Assembly: GCA_046294595.1 (NCBI GenBank)
Contig: JBKBKD010000012.1
Coordinates: forward strand, 5,864 to 69,863
Origin: Novosphingobium sp.
Lineage (GTDB): Bacteria > Pseudomonadota > Alphaproteobacteria > Sphingomonadales > Sphingomonadaceae
Direction of reading: 5' to 3'
DNA: 64,000 bases
Below the pieces are notes generated by a model. It saw only the letters and a list, made by a program, of their open reading frames with translations, was not told the origin of the DNA and ran no database searches. Both the position numbers and the translations under genes were made by a program. Shown piece by piece: positions 1 to 11,017 of the stretch (positions are counted from its first letter, which is position 1; each line of letters begins with the position of its first letter).

Positions 1-774
<774 letters not shown>

Positions 775-806
775 CTATGCCGCGCACACCTGAGGGAGAG
801 ATTTTG

Positions 807-1661
807 ATGAGTGCATCGCTGATTCTGACGCTGTCGTGCGAGGACCAGCCGGGTATCGTCGCCCGCGTCACCGGCAACCTCTTCGAGGCTGGCGGCAACA
901 TCGAGGAAGCGCAGCAATTCGACGATGCGCTGAGCGGGCGCTTCTTCATGCGCGTCGTGTTCGATCCGGGCGAGGCAAGCGTTGAAGACTTCCGCGCCTC
1001 ATTCGCCCCGGTGGCCAGCCAGTATGGGATGGAATGGAAGATTCGCGATACCGCGGTGAAGCGCAAGGTCATCCTCATGGTCAGCAAGTTCGACCACTGC
1101 CTTGGCGATTTGCTCTATCGCACCCGCATCGGCGAGCTGCCGATGGACGTGGTGGCCATCATCGGCAACCATCCCAAGGAAGCGCTGTCGATCTCGCTGA
1201 TGGGCGATGTGCCTTACCACTACCTGCCGATCACCAAGGACACGAAGCCGCAGCAGGAAGCCGAAGTGAAGCGCATCGTCACCGAAACGGGCGCCGAACT
1301 GGTGGTGCTGGCGCGCTACATGCAGATCCTGTCGGATGATCTGGCCGCTTTCCTTTCGGGCCGCTGCATCAACATCCACCACTCCTTCCTGCCCAGCTTC
1401 AAGGGCGCGAAGCCCTATCATCAGGCCCATGCCCGCGGCGTGAAGATGATCGGCGCGACCGGTCACTATGTCACTGCCGATCTCGACGAAGGCCCGATCA
1501 TCCATCAGGATGTCGAAGCCGTCACGCACGCCGACAGCCCGGAAGACCTCGTGCGCAAGGGCCGCGACGTGGAGCGCCGGGTTCTTGCCGAGGCCGTGCG
1601 GCTCCACCTTGAGGATCGCGCGCTGGTCAACGGCAACAAGACGGTCGTCTTCAAGAGCTGA
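807..1661 (+). CDS. purU: Formyltetrahydrofolate deformylase
   Basis: ACT-like N-terminus (LTLSCEDQPGIVA), LARYMQILS, INIHHSFLPSFKGAKPYHQA and DLDEGPII. RBS GAGGGAG precedes ATG 807. Confidence 0.95.
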   Translation: MSASLILTLSCEDQPGIVARVTGNLFEAGGNIEEAQQFDDALSGRFFMRVVFDPGEASVEDFRASFAPVASQYGMEWKIRDTAVKRKVILMVSKFDHCLGDLLYRTRIGELPMDVVAIIGNHPKEALSISLMGDVPYHYLPITKDTKPQQEAEVKRIVTETGAELVVLARYMQILSDDLAAFLSGRCINIHHSFLPSFKGAKPYHQAHARGVKMIGATGHYVTADLDEGPIIHQDVEAVTHADSPEDLVRKGRDVERRVLAEAVRLHLEDRALVNGNKTVVFKS

Positions 1662-1744
1662 GCCTCCTGCTTTTGCGCGGTTGAGATTGGGCGGCGGCAG
1701 GCGCACAGTGCCCTTGCCGCCGTTCGGGCAATGGGAGAGGAACG

Positions 1745-2146
1745 ATGCAGGTCAACGCGCTCGACCACGTGAACATCATCACCGACCGGCTGGAGGAAAC
1801 GGCCGAGTTCTACCGCGCGCTGCTGGGCCTTGAGCGGCGCGACGGACCGCCTCCGCTGACGCCGGAGAACGCCCAGTGGATGCACGATGCCTCCGGCAGG
1901 CCGATCATCCACATCAACGCCGTCGATTGCCCGCGCGCCTATGACCGCGAAGTCCAGCCCGGTTCGCTGACCGGGGCGATCCACCATGTCGCGCTCAATT
2001 GCAGCGGCTATGAAACGGTCCTCGAACGGATCTCGGCAATGCGGCTCGATTGCCGGACCAACACGGTCGAAGCCATCGGCCTGCGCCAGATCTTCACGGC
2101 CGACCCCAACAACGTCCTGCTCGAACTCAATTTCTTCGGGGACTGA
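1745..2146 (+). CDS. VOC/glyoxalase family protein
   Basis: LDHVNI...FYRALLGL, IHHVAL and QIFTADPNNVLLEL. RBS GGAGAGG. Confidence 0.85.
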   Translation: MQVNALDHVNIITDRLEETAEFYRALLGLERRDGPPPLTPENAQWMHDASGRPIIHINAVDCPRAYDREVQPGSLTGAIHHVALNCSGYETVLERISAMRLDCRTNTVEAIGLRQIFTADPNNVLLELNFFGD

Positions 2147-2149
2147 CGG

Positions 2150-3052
2150 CTATTGCGGGCGCTCGCCCGCCATGGTCGTGCGATACATCTCGCGGCGGAA
2201 CCCGTCGTAATCGTTGGGCGCAAGGTGCAACGCGGCCCGATTGTCCCACATGGCGATCATGCCCGGCTCCCAGCGCAGGCGGCAGGTGAACCCGGCCTGC
2301 GTGATATGGCGCACAAGGAAATCGAGGATCGGACGGCTTTCCGCATCGGTCATGCCTTCGATGCCCACGGCATAGACCTCGTCCACATAGAGCGAGGGCA
2401 GGCCGGTGAAGGGATGGGTGCGCACCAGCGGGTGGAAATTGCCTGCAAGCGCGGACCGGCGGCGGTCCTCGCTGGCAAAGGCCATGGGCTTGCCGCTGAT
2501 CCGTTCCTGCGTGAAGACATTGGCCGCCGCCGACATGTGCACGCGAAAGGGGCGCAGCATGGCCTGCATCACGGGGCTGAGCATGCGCCACGCCAGTTGC
2601 GTGTCGGCCCATGTCGTGTCGCCGCCATAGGGCGGCACCTCCACCGCGCGCAGGATCGTGACGGAAGGCGGTTCGTCGAGAAAGGGCGAATCGGTGTGCC
2701 AGCCGCTGCCGAACAGCGCCTTGGTGCGGGTATCGGCTTCCTTGATGAGCGGGTGGACATTGCGGTGCCCTTCCACCCCTTGCGTATAGGCATCTACGGC
2801 AAACGGGCCGAAGCGGCGGCTGAAGGCTTCATGTTCGGCATGGGTCAGATGCTGACCGCGCAGGAACACCATCTTGTGCCGCCAGAGCGCATCGGCAATC
2901 TCGTCGAAGGCTTCGTCCGTCAGGCTCTCGCCCAGATGCACCCCGGTGATCTCGGCGCCCATTGCCGCCGTCAGGGGATGCGCGGCGATGTGCCGATAGA
3001 CCTTCGCGGCATTGTCGAAATCGCCTTGCGGACTGAGCCTCACCTCACGCAT
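2150..3052 (-). CDS. TauD/TfdA family Fe(II)/2-oxoglutarate dioxygenase
   Basis: GAEITGVHL, WHTD (HxD), GGDTTWAD and WDNR..LH...R. Start moved to MREVRL, which has an AGGAGAGG RBS. Confidence 0.9.
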   Translation of the reverse strand: MREVRLSPQGDFDNAAKVYRHIAAHPLTAAMGAEITGVHLGESLTDEAFDEIADALWRHKMVFLRGQHLTHAEHEAFSRRFGPFAVDAYTQGVEGHRNVHPLIKEADTRTKALFGSGWHTDSPFLDEPPSVTILRAVEVPPYGGDTTWADTQLAWRMLSPVMQAMLRPFRVHMSAAANVFTQERISGKPMAFASEDRRRSALAGNFHPLVRTHPFTGLPSLYVDEVYAVGIEGMTDAESRPILDFLVRHITQAGFTCRLRWEPGMIAMWDNRAALHLAPNDYDGFRREMYRTTMAGERPQ

Positions 3053-3087
3053 TGCCTGCCCTCTCCTTTCAGCCTGCAAGGCCCCCT

Positions 3088-3825
3088 TCAGCCCGGAATT
3101 GCCCCTTCCAGCGCGTCCGCCAGTTCTTCCGGCTTTGACAGGTAGGGGCTGTGATCGGCCTCCAGTGTCACCACCTTCGCGCCCGGTGAAAACTGCAACA
3201 TCTTGCGCTGGCTCTCGATCGGAATGGTCCGATCGAGCGTGCATTCCACATAAGTGCGCGGCAGGCCGCCCCAGCGCTCCGGCGTCAGGTGCAGCCTTTC
3301 CGAACGCGGACCGTGCGGTTCGGCCACCAGCCGTTCCATGGCGGCCGCCACCAGATCGGGCGGAGAAACCTGCGCAAAGACCGGTGCGGCGTTCTCGCGG
3401 TCGATCTCGGTGGCAATGCCGCCATGCACCTTGCGGATGATGGCATCGAAGGCAGGGTTGGGTCCCTCCAGTTCCTTGAACTCGGCCCGGCTCATCCCAT
3501 CGGGAAGCATCATCGCGCAGATATAGACCAGCGCATGCATTGCATCGGGGTGGCGCTCTGCCGCGGTGGAAACCACCAGCCCCCCGCGCGAATGGCCCGC
3601 CAGCACCACCGGCCCGTCACAGGCCGCCCGCACCTCGCGGCAATGCTGCGCAGCAAAATCGGCCCATCCGGCAAGGGTCACGGCAGCCATTTCCTCGGCC
3701 GAACCACCCATGCCGGGAAGCGTGGGGGCTGCCACCACATGTCCGCGCGCGCGCAGGATCGCGGCAACCGGATCAAAGCACCAGCCACCATGCCAGGAAC
3801 CGTGGATCAGAACAAAACCAGCCAA
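3088..3825 (-). CDS. Alpha/beta hydrolase, methylesterase-like
   Basis: FVLIHGSWHGGWC, GHSRGG nucleophile elbow, D..IP and ADHSPYLS. TTG start lies just after the upstream stop. Confidence 0.85.
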   Translation of the reverse strand: MAGFVLIHGSWHGGWCFDPVAAILRARGHVVAAPTLPGMGGSAEEMAAVTLAGWADFAAQHCREVRAACDGPVVLAGHSRGGLVVSTAAERHPDAMHALVYICAMMLPDGMSRAEFKELEGPNPAFDAIIRKVHGGIATEIDRENAAPVFAQVSPPDLVAAAMERLVAEPHGPRSERLHLTPERWGGLPRTYVECTLDRTIPIESQRKMLQFSPGAKVVTLEADHSPYLSKPEELADALEGAIPG

Positions 3826-3827
3826 CG

Positions 3828-4283
3828 TCAACTCCGTGCGATGAATTGCGCCCACACCGCCGCTTCGGGCCGGTCATGGCCATCGGGCGACCATTGCCGC
3901 GCCATGATCGCCCGCGCGGCAGGCTCGTCCATGCCGCAGCAATCGCGGTGATAGCGATAGAAGAACGCCGAGACCCGCCAGTTCATGATGCAGTGCACGT
4001 GAACCGGCTTTGCGCCCTGCTCCAGCGCGGCCACGAAACGCCGGAAATGCGTTTCGTCGGGCGCATCGAAGGGCACCGGAATATGGGTATAGGCAATGCC
4101 GGCGGCCGCCAGCTTGTCGCCCTCGTCCGCCAGCGCTTCGGGATGGGTTTCCAGCGCCAGGTTGATGACATGGCGCACACCCATGTCGGCAAGGCGCGCC
4201 ACGTCCCTGTCCTCAAGCCTGCCCGATGTGGTGATCTGCGCATCCAGCCGCTGCCATGCGCGGATGTCATCGGGATCGGCCAT
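3828..4283 (-). CDS. DUF442/PTP-like small protein (phosphatase or sulfurtransferase fold)
   Basis: ITTSG, VINLAL, YTHIPVPFDAP and a VHVHCIMNWRVS Cys...Arg loop. Confidence 0.75.
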   Translation of the reverse strand: MADPDDIRAWQRLDAQITTSGRLEDRDVARLADMGVRHVINLALETHPEALADEGDKLAAAGIAYTHIPVPFDAPDETHFRRFVAALEQGAKPVHVHCIMNWRVSAFFYRYHRDCCGMDEPAARAIMARQWSPDGHDRPEAAVWAQFIARS

Positions 4284-4294
4284 CGCGCCAGCCC

Positions 4295-5167
4295 TCAGGC
4301 AAGGCCCAGCAGGCGCGCGGCATTGTCCTTCATGATGCCCGGCATGACCTCTTCCTTGAAGCCCACCTTCAGCGCAGCCTCGATCCACTTCTGCGGGTGG
4401 ATCAGCGGGAAGTCCGAACCGAACAGCATCTTCTTCTTCAGCTGCGTATTGGCATACTGGATGATCTGCGGCGCGAAATACTTGGGCGACCAGCCCGACA
4501 GGTCGATGAACACGTTGTCCTTGTGCAGCGCCATTGAAAGGCTCTCGTCCACCCACGGCCAGGAAGGATGCGCAAGGATGATCTTCATGTCGGGAAAATC
4601 GACCGCCACATCGTCGACCAGCATGGGCTGGCCATACTTCAGCCGCATCCCGCCGCCGCCGCGCATCCCCGTGCCCATGCCGGAATGGCCAGTGTGGAAG
4701 ATTGCCGGAAGGCCATGTTCGGCGATCACCTCGTAGATCGGATAGCCCACGCGGTCTGCCGGATGGCAGTTCTGGGCAATGCCGTGGAACTTGAAACCGC
4801 GCACGCCATAGTTCTCGATCAGGTCGCGCGCCTCGCGGGCGCCATACTTGCCCTTGTGCGGATCGATCGAGGCAAAGGCGATGCAGATGTCATCGTTCCT
4901 GAGCGCGATCTCGGCCACTTCGTAGTTCGAGACGCGCTTGGCGCCCATGCCGCATTCGGCATCGACGGTGAACATGCAGAAGGCGATCTGCTGTTCGCGG
5001 TAGATCTCGACGATTTCGGGCATCTTGGGCCGCTCGCGCGGGGCCTTGAAATAGGCTGAGGCGGCATCGAAGAACTGGCCCATCACCGGATCTTCGGGAT
5101 CATGGCACGAAACCTCGGCGTGGACGTGAACGTCGATCGCCTTGATCTTCGAAATGTCGATGGGCAC
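4295..5167 (-). CDS. Amidohydrolase_2 family, CouO-like 4-hydroxyphenyl-beta-ketoacyl-CoA hydrolase
   Basis: AIDVHVHAE, FHTGHSGMG, GGGMRLKY, DDVAVDFP, AHPSWPW, IDLSGWSPKYF and LFGSDFP, a pattern recalled for CouO-type enzymes. GTG start with AGGAGA RBS. Confidence 0.8.
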   Translation of the reverse strand: MPIDISKIKAIDVHVHAEVSCHDPEDPVMGQFFDAASAYFKAPRERPKMPEIVEIYREQQIAFCMFTVDAECGMGAKRVSNYEVAEIALRNDDICIAFASIDPHKGKYGAREARDLIENYGVRGFKFHGIAQNCHPADRVGYPIYEVIAEHGLPAIFHTGHSGMGTGMRGGGGMRLKYGQPMLVDDVAVDFPDMKIILAHPSWPWVDESLSMALHKDNVFIDLSGWSPKYFAPQIIQYANTQLKKKMLFGSDFPLIHPQKWIEAALKVGFKEEVMPGIMKDNAARLLGLA

Positions 5168-5234
5168 TGGCTTTCTCCTGATCGGGCAGCCGCGCCATTC
5201 CTGCCTGTGCTGGAACGGCGCGGATGGCGCATCT

Positions 5235-6749
5235 TCACATCTGGATGATGACGGTCTTTGTTTCGAGATAGGCTTCGATCCCGGCCCGCCCCTGTTCGCG
5301 GCCGAGGCCGGATTCCTTGTAGCCGCCAAACGGCAGCGCGGTATCGATCATCGCATGGCAATTGCCCCAGACCGTGCCCGACTTGATGCGCGCGGCCAGC
5401 TTGTGCATCACCGAAATGTCGCGCGTCCACACCCCGGCGCCGAGGCCGAAGCAGGTATCGTTGGCCATTTTCGCCACTTCATCCAGATCATCGAAGCGCT
5501 GGGCCACGACCACCGGGCCGAAGATTTCCTCGCGCACGACCGACATCTGCGGGTTCACATCGGCAAGGATGGTGGGGTTCACGTAATATCCGCCCTCGGC
5601 GCTCGGCGCATCGCCGCCCAGCACCACGCTGGCGCCATCGCGCTTGCCCGCCTCGATATAGCCCATGACGCGGTCATGCTGCTCCTTGCTGACCAGCGGC
5701 CCCATGTGCGCTTCAGGATCAAGCGAGGGTCGCGGCGCCCAGAACGGTGCGGTCTGTGCCATGCCTTCCAGCACGCTGTCGAACACCGATCTGTGCGCAT
5801 AGAGCCGCGATCCGGCCACGCAGACCTGACCCGAATTGAAGAAGATCGCGCCCGCAACGCCCGGCGCCACCTGCGCCACGTCCACATCGGGCATGACCAC
5901 CACGGGGCTTTTCCCGCCCAGTTCGAGCGTCACGCGCTTGAGCGTGTCGGTGGCATTGCGGTTGATGACCTTGCCGATCTCGGTCGATCCGGTGAAGGCC
6001 ACCTTGTCCACGTCGGGATGCTTCACCATCCTGTCGCCCGCGGTATGGCCGTTGCCGGTGATGATGTTGATGACGCCTGCGGGGAAGCCTGCCTCCACCA
6101 CCAGATCGGCCAGCTTGAGCGCGGTCAGCGAGGTCTGCTCGGCAGGCTTGAGCACCAGCGTGCAGCCCGCCGCCAGCGCGGGCGCGATCTTGAGACAGGC
6201 CATCAGCAGCGGGAAGTTCCACGGCACGATCTGCGCGCAGACGCCCACCGGTTCCTTCACGGTATAGCTGAACACCATGCCGCCCGGCATCGTATAGGGC
6301 GGGATCGTATCGCCGCCCACCTTGCTGGCCCACCCGGCCATGAAGCGAAGCTGGCTGATCGCGCCGGGAATGTCGACCGCGCCCGCCATGCCCTTGGGCT
6401 TGCCGTTGTCGATCGCTTCGAGTTCGGCAAACAGGTCGGCGTTGGCTTCGAGAAGATCGGCCAGACGGTTCATCGTGCGGTCGCGCACCATCGGCGGCAG
6501 GCCCGACCAGCGGCCATCATCGAATGCCGCGCGTGCAGCGGCCACCGCCCGGTCAACGTCGCGGTCCGAGGCATCGACCACATGGCCGACGATCTTGCCG
6601 TTCGAGGGGTCTTCCACCGCGATCACCTCGCCGTGGCTGCTGTCGACCCATTCGTTGTTGATGAAAAGCTGCGGCTTGCGCGCGAGGAATGCCTTGGCGG
6701 CGGCCGAATACTCCGGCTGCACGCGGCTGATCGTGGTCATGTCGTTCAT
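5235..6749 (-). CDS. NAD-dependent aldehyde dehydrogenase (phenylacetaldehyde dehydrogenase-like)
   Basis: PWNFP, KPAEQT, FTGSTEIG, LELGGKSP, NSGQVC, EEIFGPV and PFGGYKESG. Confidence 0.93.
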   Translation of the reverse strand: MNDMTTISRVQPEYSAAAKAFLARKPQLFINNEWVDSSHGEVIAVEDPSNGKIVGHVVDASDRDVDRAVAAARAAFDDGRWSGLPPMVRDRTMNRLADLLEANADLFAELEAIDNGKPKGMAGAVDIPGAISQLRFMAGWASKVGGDTIPPYTMPGGMVFSYTVKEPVGVCAQIVPWNFPLLMACLKIAPALAAGCTLVLKPAEQTSLTALKLADLVVEAGFPAGVINIITGNGHTAGDRMVKHPDVDKVAFTGSTEIGKVINRNATDTLKRVTLELGGKSPVVVMPDVDVAQVAPGVAGAIFFNSGQVCVAGSRLYAHRSVFDSVLEGMAQTAPFWAPRPSLDPEAHMGPLVSKEQHDRVMGYIEAGKRDGASVVLGGDAPSAEGGYYVNPTILADVNPQMSVVREEIFGPVVVAQRFDDLDEVAKMANDTCFGLGAGVWTRDISVMHKLAARIKSGTVWGNCHAMIDTALPFGGYKESGLGREQGRAGIEAYLETKTVIIQM

Positions 6750-6792
6750 TGCCGACTCCTCTCCGTTGAACTGCTGTGCTTTGCCTCGACCT

Positions 6793-6811
6793 TAGTATGC
6801 AACGCATACAA
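6793..6811. promoter_or_regulatory. Second copy of the GTATG-N5-CATAC operator, upstream of the ALDH operon
   Basis: tagtatgcaacgcatacaa is 17/19 identical to the copy at 721 and lies about 45 bp upstream of the ALDH start. Confidence 0.75.
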
Positions 6812-6880
6812 TTTTCAAGCCGGATCGGGACGCTGCCGCCGCTGCCGGAGCGCGTCACGTCCCGGTCCGGTCGGGCTTGC

Positions 6881-9025
6881 TCAGCCCTTCTTCTTTTCCA
6901 GCGCCTTGTCCTCGTTGGCCCGCTTGACGAGGTAGTGGCGGATATTGTCCGCGTCCTCGGCCTTGAGCGCCGACTTGAACGACACCATGCCGTTGTGCTT
7001 CAGCGCCCCGTCGATCACGATCGAACGGATCGCGTCAGGCGTGTTGAGCGCGGCCGAATGGCGCAGGTCAGGGTTCACCGCACCGGCCACCGCAGCATCG
7101 CCGTGGCAGACGTTGCAATAGCGCCCGTAGAGTTCGCCACCTGCCTTGGCCTGCTCGGCAGTGCCGGTGAAGGGCGGCGGATCGAGCACCATCTGGTTCA
7201 TCGGCGGCGGCGGCGGCAGCGCGGCCTTGCCGCCCAGCTTGAACACCACCAGACGGCTGATGTTGCGCTGCTGGCGGGCCTTGTGGGCCAGCACGCCGGT
7301 CGCCACATCCCACACCCCGCCCCAGCCGACCATGACGGCCACATACTGCTCACCGTCGATCGCATAGGTCATCGGGGCTGCGATGATGCCGCTCTGCGCC
7401 GGGAACGACCAGAGCTGCTTGCCCTTGTCGGCACTGTAGGCAACGAAATCGCCTCCTGCCGTGCCCTGGAACACCAGATTGCCCGCAGTCGAGAGGATGC
7501 CCCCGTTCGAGGGGCTGGGCAGTTCAACCTTCCACGCCGCCTTGCGCGCCACCGGGTCCCACGCCACCAGCGTTCCGGTCGTGGCGGCCTTGGCCTCGGC
7601 CTGGACCTTGAGATCGGCAGGCATGGCCGTCACATAGCCATCAAGACCAGTCTGGAAACCGATGTCGCTGGGCTTCCAGTTCTTCGCCGCGACATAGGGG
7701 AAGCCCGCATTGTTAACCGGCAGGTAGAGCAGTCCGGTCCTGGGGCTGAAGCTCTGGGGCTGCCAGCTATGCGCGCCGACCGCGCCGGGCAGGCTGAAGA
7801 AGGGCGCATCGCTCTTTTCATAGCGGGCCGCCGGATTGATGATCGCCTTGCCGGTCTTGGGGTCGATCCCGGTTGCCCAGTTGACCATCACGAAGGGCGT
7901 TGCCGAAATGAACTGGCCGGTCCTGGCATCCAGCACATAGACATGGCCGTTCTTGGGCGCATGCAGCACCACATGGCGCTGCTGCCCGTCGATGGTCAGG
8001 TCAGCCAGCGTGATCTGCTGGGCTGAATCGAAGTCCCAGCGGTCTTCGGGCGTTTCCTGGAAGTGCCAGGCGTATTCGCCGGTATCGGCGTTCACCGCCA
8101 CGATCGACGAGGTGTAGAGCGCATCGCCATCGCGGCCCGATGCCGCAGGGTTCCACGGCTCGGCATTGCCGGTGCCGAACAGCACAAGGTTGGTGGCCGG
8201 ATCATAGGTGATCCCGTCCCATACCGTGCCGCCGCCGCCCAGCGTCCACCATTCCCCGGCCCAGGTCTTCGCGGCGGCTTCCATCGCCTTCCGGTTGACG
8301 CCTTCCTTGTCGAAGCCGTCTGCCGGATTGCCGGGCACGGTGTGGAACTTCCAAACCTCGTTGCCCGTTTCCACGTCATAGGCCGCGATATAGCCGCGCG
8401 CGCGGTATTCCGACCCGCCGCTGCCGAGTATGACCTTGCCCTTCACCACGCGCGGTGCGCCGGTGATGGTGTAGTCGGTCTGGTTGGGCACAACCACCTT
8501 CGACCAGACGACCTTGCCGGTCTTGCGGTCAAGCGCGACCAGCCGCCCGTCGAGCGTGCCCACGAACAGCTTGTCGCCGTAGAGCGCGACCCCGCGGTTC
8601 ACCGCATCGCAGCAGGCCCGGACCAGCGTTTCGCGCGGAACTTCGGGATCGTAGGACCACTTGAGCTGCCCGGTCCGGGCATCGAACGCCTTCACCATCG
8701 ACCATGCGGTCGAGATGTAGAGCGTGCCGTCGTGCATCAGGGGCGTGGCTTCCTGTCCGCGCGCGGTTTCGAGGTCATGGAACCAGGCAAGGCCAAGCTG
8801 GCCCACATTGCCATCGTTGATCTGGGTCAGCGGGGAAAAGCGCTGCTCGCCGTAATCCCGGCCATAGCTCAGCCATTCCCCTTCGGGCGCCGCGGCAATC
8901 AGCGCATCGGTCACGCCCGATGCGGCGATAGACCCGCCGCTGCCGCCACCGCCGGTATTGCACGCCGCCAGCGGCAGCAGCGCCGCGGCAAGCGGCAATC
9001 CCTTCAGCCAGACCCTCAATGCCAT
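6881..9025 (-). CDS. PQQ-dependent quinohemoprotein alcohol dehydrogenase (type II), predicted lipoprotein
   Basis: Lipobox LAAC, RFSPLTQIN, vicinal cysteines ACCDAVNRG, GGGTVWD, WDFD and a C-terminal heme c motif CNVCH. Confidence 0.93.
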   Translation of the reverse strand: MALRVWLKGLPLAAALLPLAACNTGGGGSGGSIAASGVTDALIAAAPEGEWLSYGRDYGEQRFSPLTQINDGNVGQLGLAWFHDLETARGQEATPLMHDGTLYISTAWSMVKAFDARTGQLKWSYDPEVPRETLVRACCDAVNRGVALYGDKLFVGTLDGRLVALDRKTGKVVWSKVVVPNQTDYTITGAPRVVKGKVILGSGGSEYRARGYIAAYDVETGNEVWKFHTVPGNPADGFDKEGVNRKAMEAAAKTWAGEWWTLGGGGTVWDGITYDPATNLVLFGTGNAEPWNPAASGRDGDALYTSSIVAVNADTGEYAWHFQETPEDRWDFDSAQQITLADLTIDGQQRHVVLHAPKNGHVYVLDARTGQFISATPFVMVNWATGIDPKTGKAIINPAARYEKSDAPFFSLPGAVGAHSWQPQSFSPRTGLLYLPVNNAGFPYVAAKNWKPSDIGFQTGLDGYVTAMPADLKVQAEAKAATTGTLVAWDPVARKAAWKVELPSPSNGGILSTAGNLVFQGTAGGDFVAYSADKGKQLWSFPAQSGIIAAPMTYAIDGEQYVAVMVGWGGVWDVATGVLAHKARQQRNISRLVVFKLGGKAALPPPPPMNQMVLDPPPFTGTAEQAKAGGELYGRYCNVCHGDAAVAGAVNPDLRHSAALNTPDAIRSIVIDGALKHNGMVSFKSALKAEDADNIRHYLVKRANEDKALEKKKG

Positions 9026-9062
9026 ATCCAGACCTCTTCCAAGCCGTCCGCTTTTTCGCGGA

Positions 9063-10628
9063 TCAGTTCACCATACGATCGGCATTGCCCCAATAGGGTT
9101 TGCGCAGTGCCTTCTTGTCCATCTTGCCCGCGGCGGTCCGGGGAATCGAGTCGATAAACGTGACAGATTTCGGCGCCTTGACCCCGCCCAGCCGCTCCTT
9201 GGCATAGGCGATGATCTCGGCCTCGGTGATGCCGTCGGCCACCACCACGGCGTGAACCTGCTCGCCCCACTTCTCGTGCGGAATGCCGAAAACGCAAGCT
9301 TCGCGCACCGCAGCCAATTCGGTGATGGCCGCTTCCACTTCGGCGGTGAACACGTTGAACCCGCCCGATACCACCATGTCCTTCTTGCGGTCGACGATGT
9401 AGAGATAGCCGTCCTTGTCGAACTTGCCGACATCGCCGGTGTGGTGCCAGCCGAACTTGCGGATCTCGGCCGTCTCTTCGGGCTTCTCGAAGTAGGAATG
9501 CGTCACCAGCGCGCCGCGCACGCAGATTTCGCCGGCCTCGCCCAGCGGCACTTCGTGGCCATCGTCATCAAGCAGCTTGACCTTGATAGACCGTGTCGGC
9601 TTGCCGCACGAGGCCAGCTTTTCCGGCGCTTCCCGCGCAAACCGCGCCACGTCCTCCGGCGGGAACCAGGCCACGATCATCGGGCATTCCACCTGTCCGT
9701 AGGACTGGCACATGGCAGGCCCGAACACCTCCACGGCCTGACGCAGCTTTTCCGGGCTGCATGGCGATCCCACGAGGATGAAGATCTTCAGCGAGGAATA
9801 ATCGTGATCTCCCAGTTCGGGCGATGCCAGCAGCTGGTAAAGCGCGGTCGGCGGCAGATACATGTGCGTGACCTTGTATTGCGCGATCGTGCGCAGCACG
9901 CGTTCGGCGTCGAAACCGGGCAGGATCACCTGCGTTGCGCCTAGGCTCAGCGTCGAAAGCGAGATCGGCCCTGCCGCATGAGTGATCGGCGCGGAAACCA
10001 GCGCCACCGGATCATCGGTGCGGCCGCCCATGCCGTCGGCGGCCGTCTCGATCATGGTCCCCCAGCCGAGGTTGGTCACGTTCGCCCCCTTCGATGGGCC
10101 GGTCGTGCCGCCGGTCGGGAAAATGCCGACCATGTCCATCAGGTTGCCGAAGGCATCGATCTCCGGCTCCACGAAATCGGCGGCGGAAACGCCCGCCATG
10201 AACTCTTCAAGGCTCGGATCATCGCCCATGCGGCGATCGAGGCAGACGAAGTGCTGCAAGGTCGGGCACAGCGCCTTGAGCTGCTCCACCTCGCCCGCCT
10301 TCGACGAGTGATAGACCAGCCACTTCAGCCGCACGTAGTTGATATAGGCGGCATTGGCATCGATGGCGTTGCGGGTGTTGACCGGGATCCACTTGCCGTT
10401 TGCGCGCCACATCGCCAGCAGCACGACCAGCAGCATCCCGTCGTTGGGACCGTAAAGGCCCAGCAGATCCTGATTCTCGAAGCCGCCCCGCTGCAAGGCC
10501 GCAGCAATGCGTTCGGACAGTTCCTTCGTCTGGGCGAAGGTCAGTTCAAGGCCGGTTTCGGTATCGATGATGGCAAGCCGGTCGGGGTTGCGATCATGTC
10601 CGCGGTCAAAATAGTCGATTGCGCGCAT
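9063..10628 (-). CDS. Acyl-CoA synthetase (AMP-forming), probable aromatic acid-CoA ligase
   Basis: TGGTTGPSKG, YGQVE, GWHHTGD, DRKKDMVVSGG and PRTAAGK adenylation motifs. Confidence 0.9.
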   Translation of the reverse strand: MRAIDYFDRGHDRNPDRLAIIDTETGLELTFAQTKELSERIAAALQRGGFENQDLLGLYGPNDGMLLVVLLAMWRANGKWIPVNTRNAIDANAAYINYVRLKWLVYHSSKAGEVEQLKALCPTLQHFVCLDRRMGDDPSLEEFMAGVSAADFVEPEIDAFGNLMDMVGIFPTGGTTGPSKGANVTNLGWGTMIETAADGMGGRTDDPVALVSAPITHAAGPISLSTLSLGATQVILPGFDAERVLRTIAQYKVTHMYLPPTALYQLLASPELGDHDYSSLKIFILVGSPCSPEKLRQAVEVFGPAMCQSYGQVECPMIVAWFPPEDVARFAREAPEKLASCGKPTRSIKVKLLDDDGHEVPLGEAGEICVRGALVTHSYFEKPEETAEIRKFGWHHTGDVGKFDKDGYLYIVDRKKDMVVSGGFNVFTAEVEAAITELAAVREACVFGIPHEKWGEQVHAVVVADGITEAEIIAYAKERLGGVKAPKSVTFIDSIPRTAAGKMDKKALRKPYWGNADRMVN

Positions 10629-10779
10629 TGGTTCTTCCCAGCGATATGTCCGTGCCGGCAGCAGCGCCGGACCGGATTTTTCTTTCGGATCATCGCGGCA
10701 CCGCAGGTTGGCCCGATCCGCCGTTCCAGACAGGACAAACGGCAGTCTGACTGATTGCCCCGGCCCCGCATCCCCGAAA

Positions 10780-10798
10780 TTGTCAGCAACACATACTA
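10780..10798. promoter_or_regulatory. Third copy of the operator, upstream of the CoA ligase/PQQ-ADH operon
   Basis: ttgtcagcaacacatacta is 16/19 identical to the copy at 721. Confidence 0.6.
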
Positions 10799-10977
10799 AT
10801 TACCGGAAGGCGCAGTAACCGGGTCGAGCCGGATACACTTGTCACCCTTCCACGGGTGCAGGCTTACGGCGCGCCTTGGCGGCGGCGCACTGCCCCGACT
10901 CAATGCGTTTCACCCGGTGCAATATCGGCGTGAGGAAATGGGGCATGTCGAAGCTGGCCCGAAGGAAAGCGGCCAGC

Positions 10978-11017
10978 ATGAAACGGGCCGGAATGAAACG
11001 GGCCGGAATGAAACGGG
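10978..11017 (+). repeat. 15-bp tandem repeat ATGAAACGGGCCGGA, about 2.7 copies
   Basis: Read directly: atgaaacgggccgga atgaaacgggccgga atgaaacggg. Confidence 0.9.

Noticed and set aside
10978-11017. Possible CRISPR array (also considered for 45593-45640)
   Set aside because: Units are contiguous with no spacers, too short and too few, and there are no cas genes.
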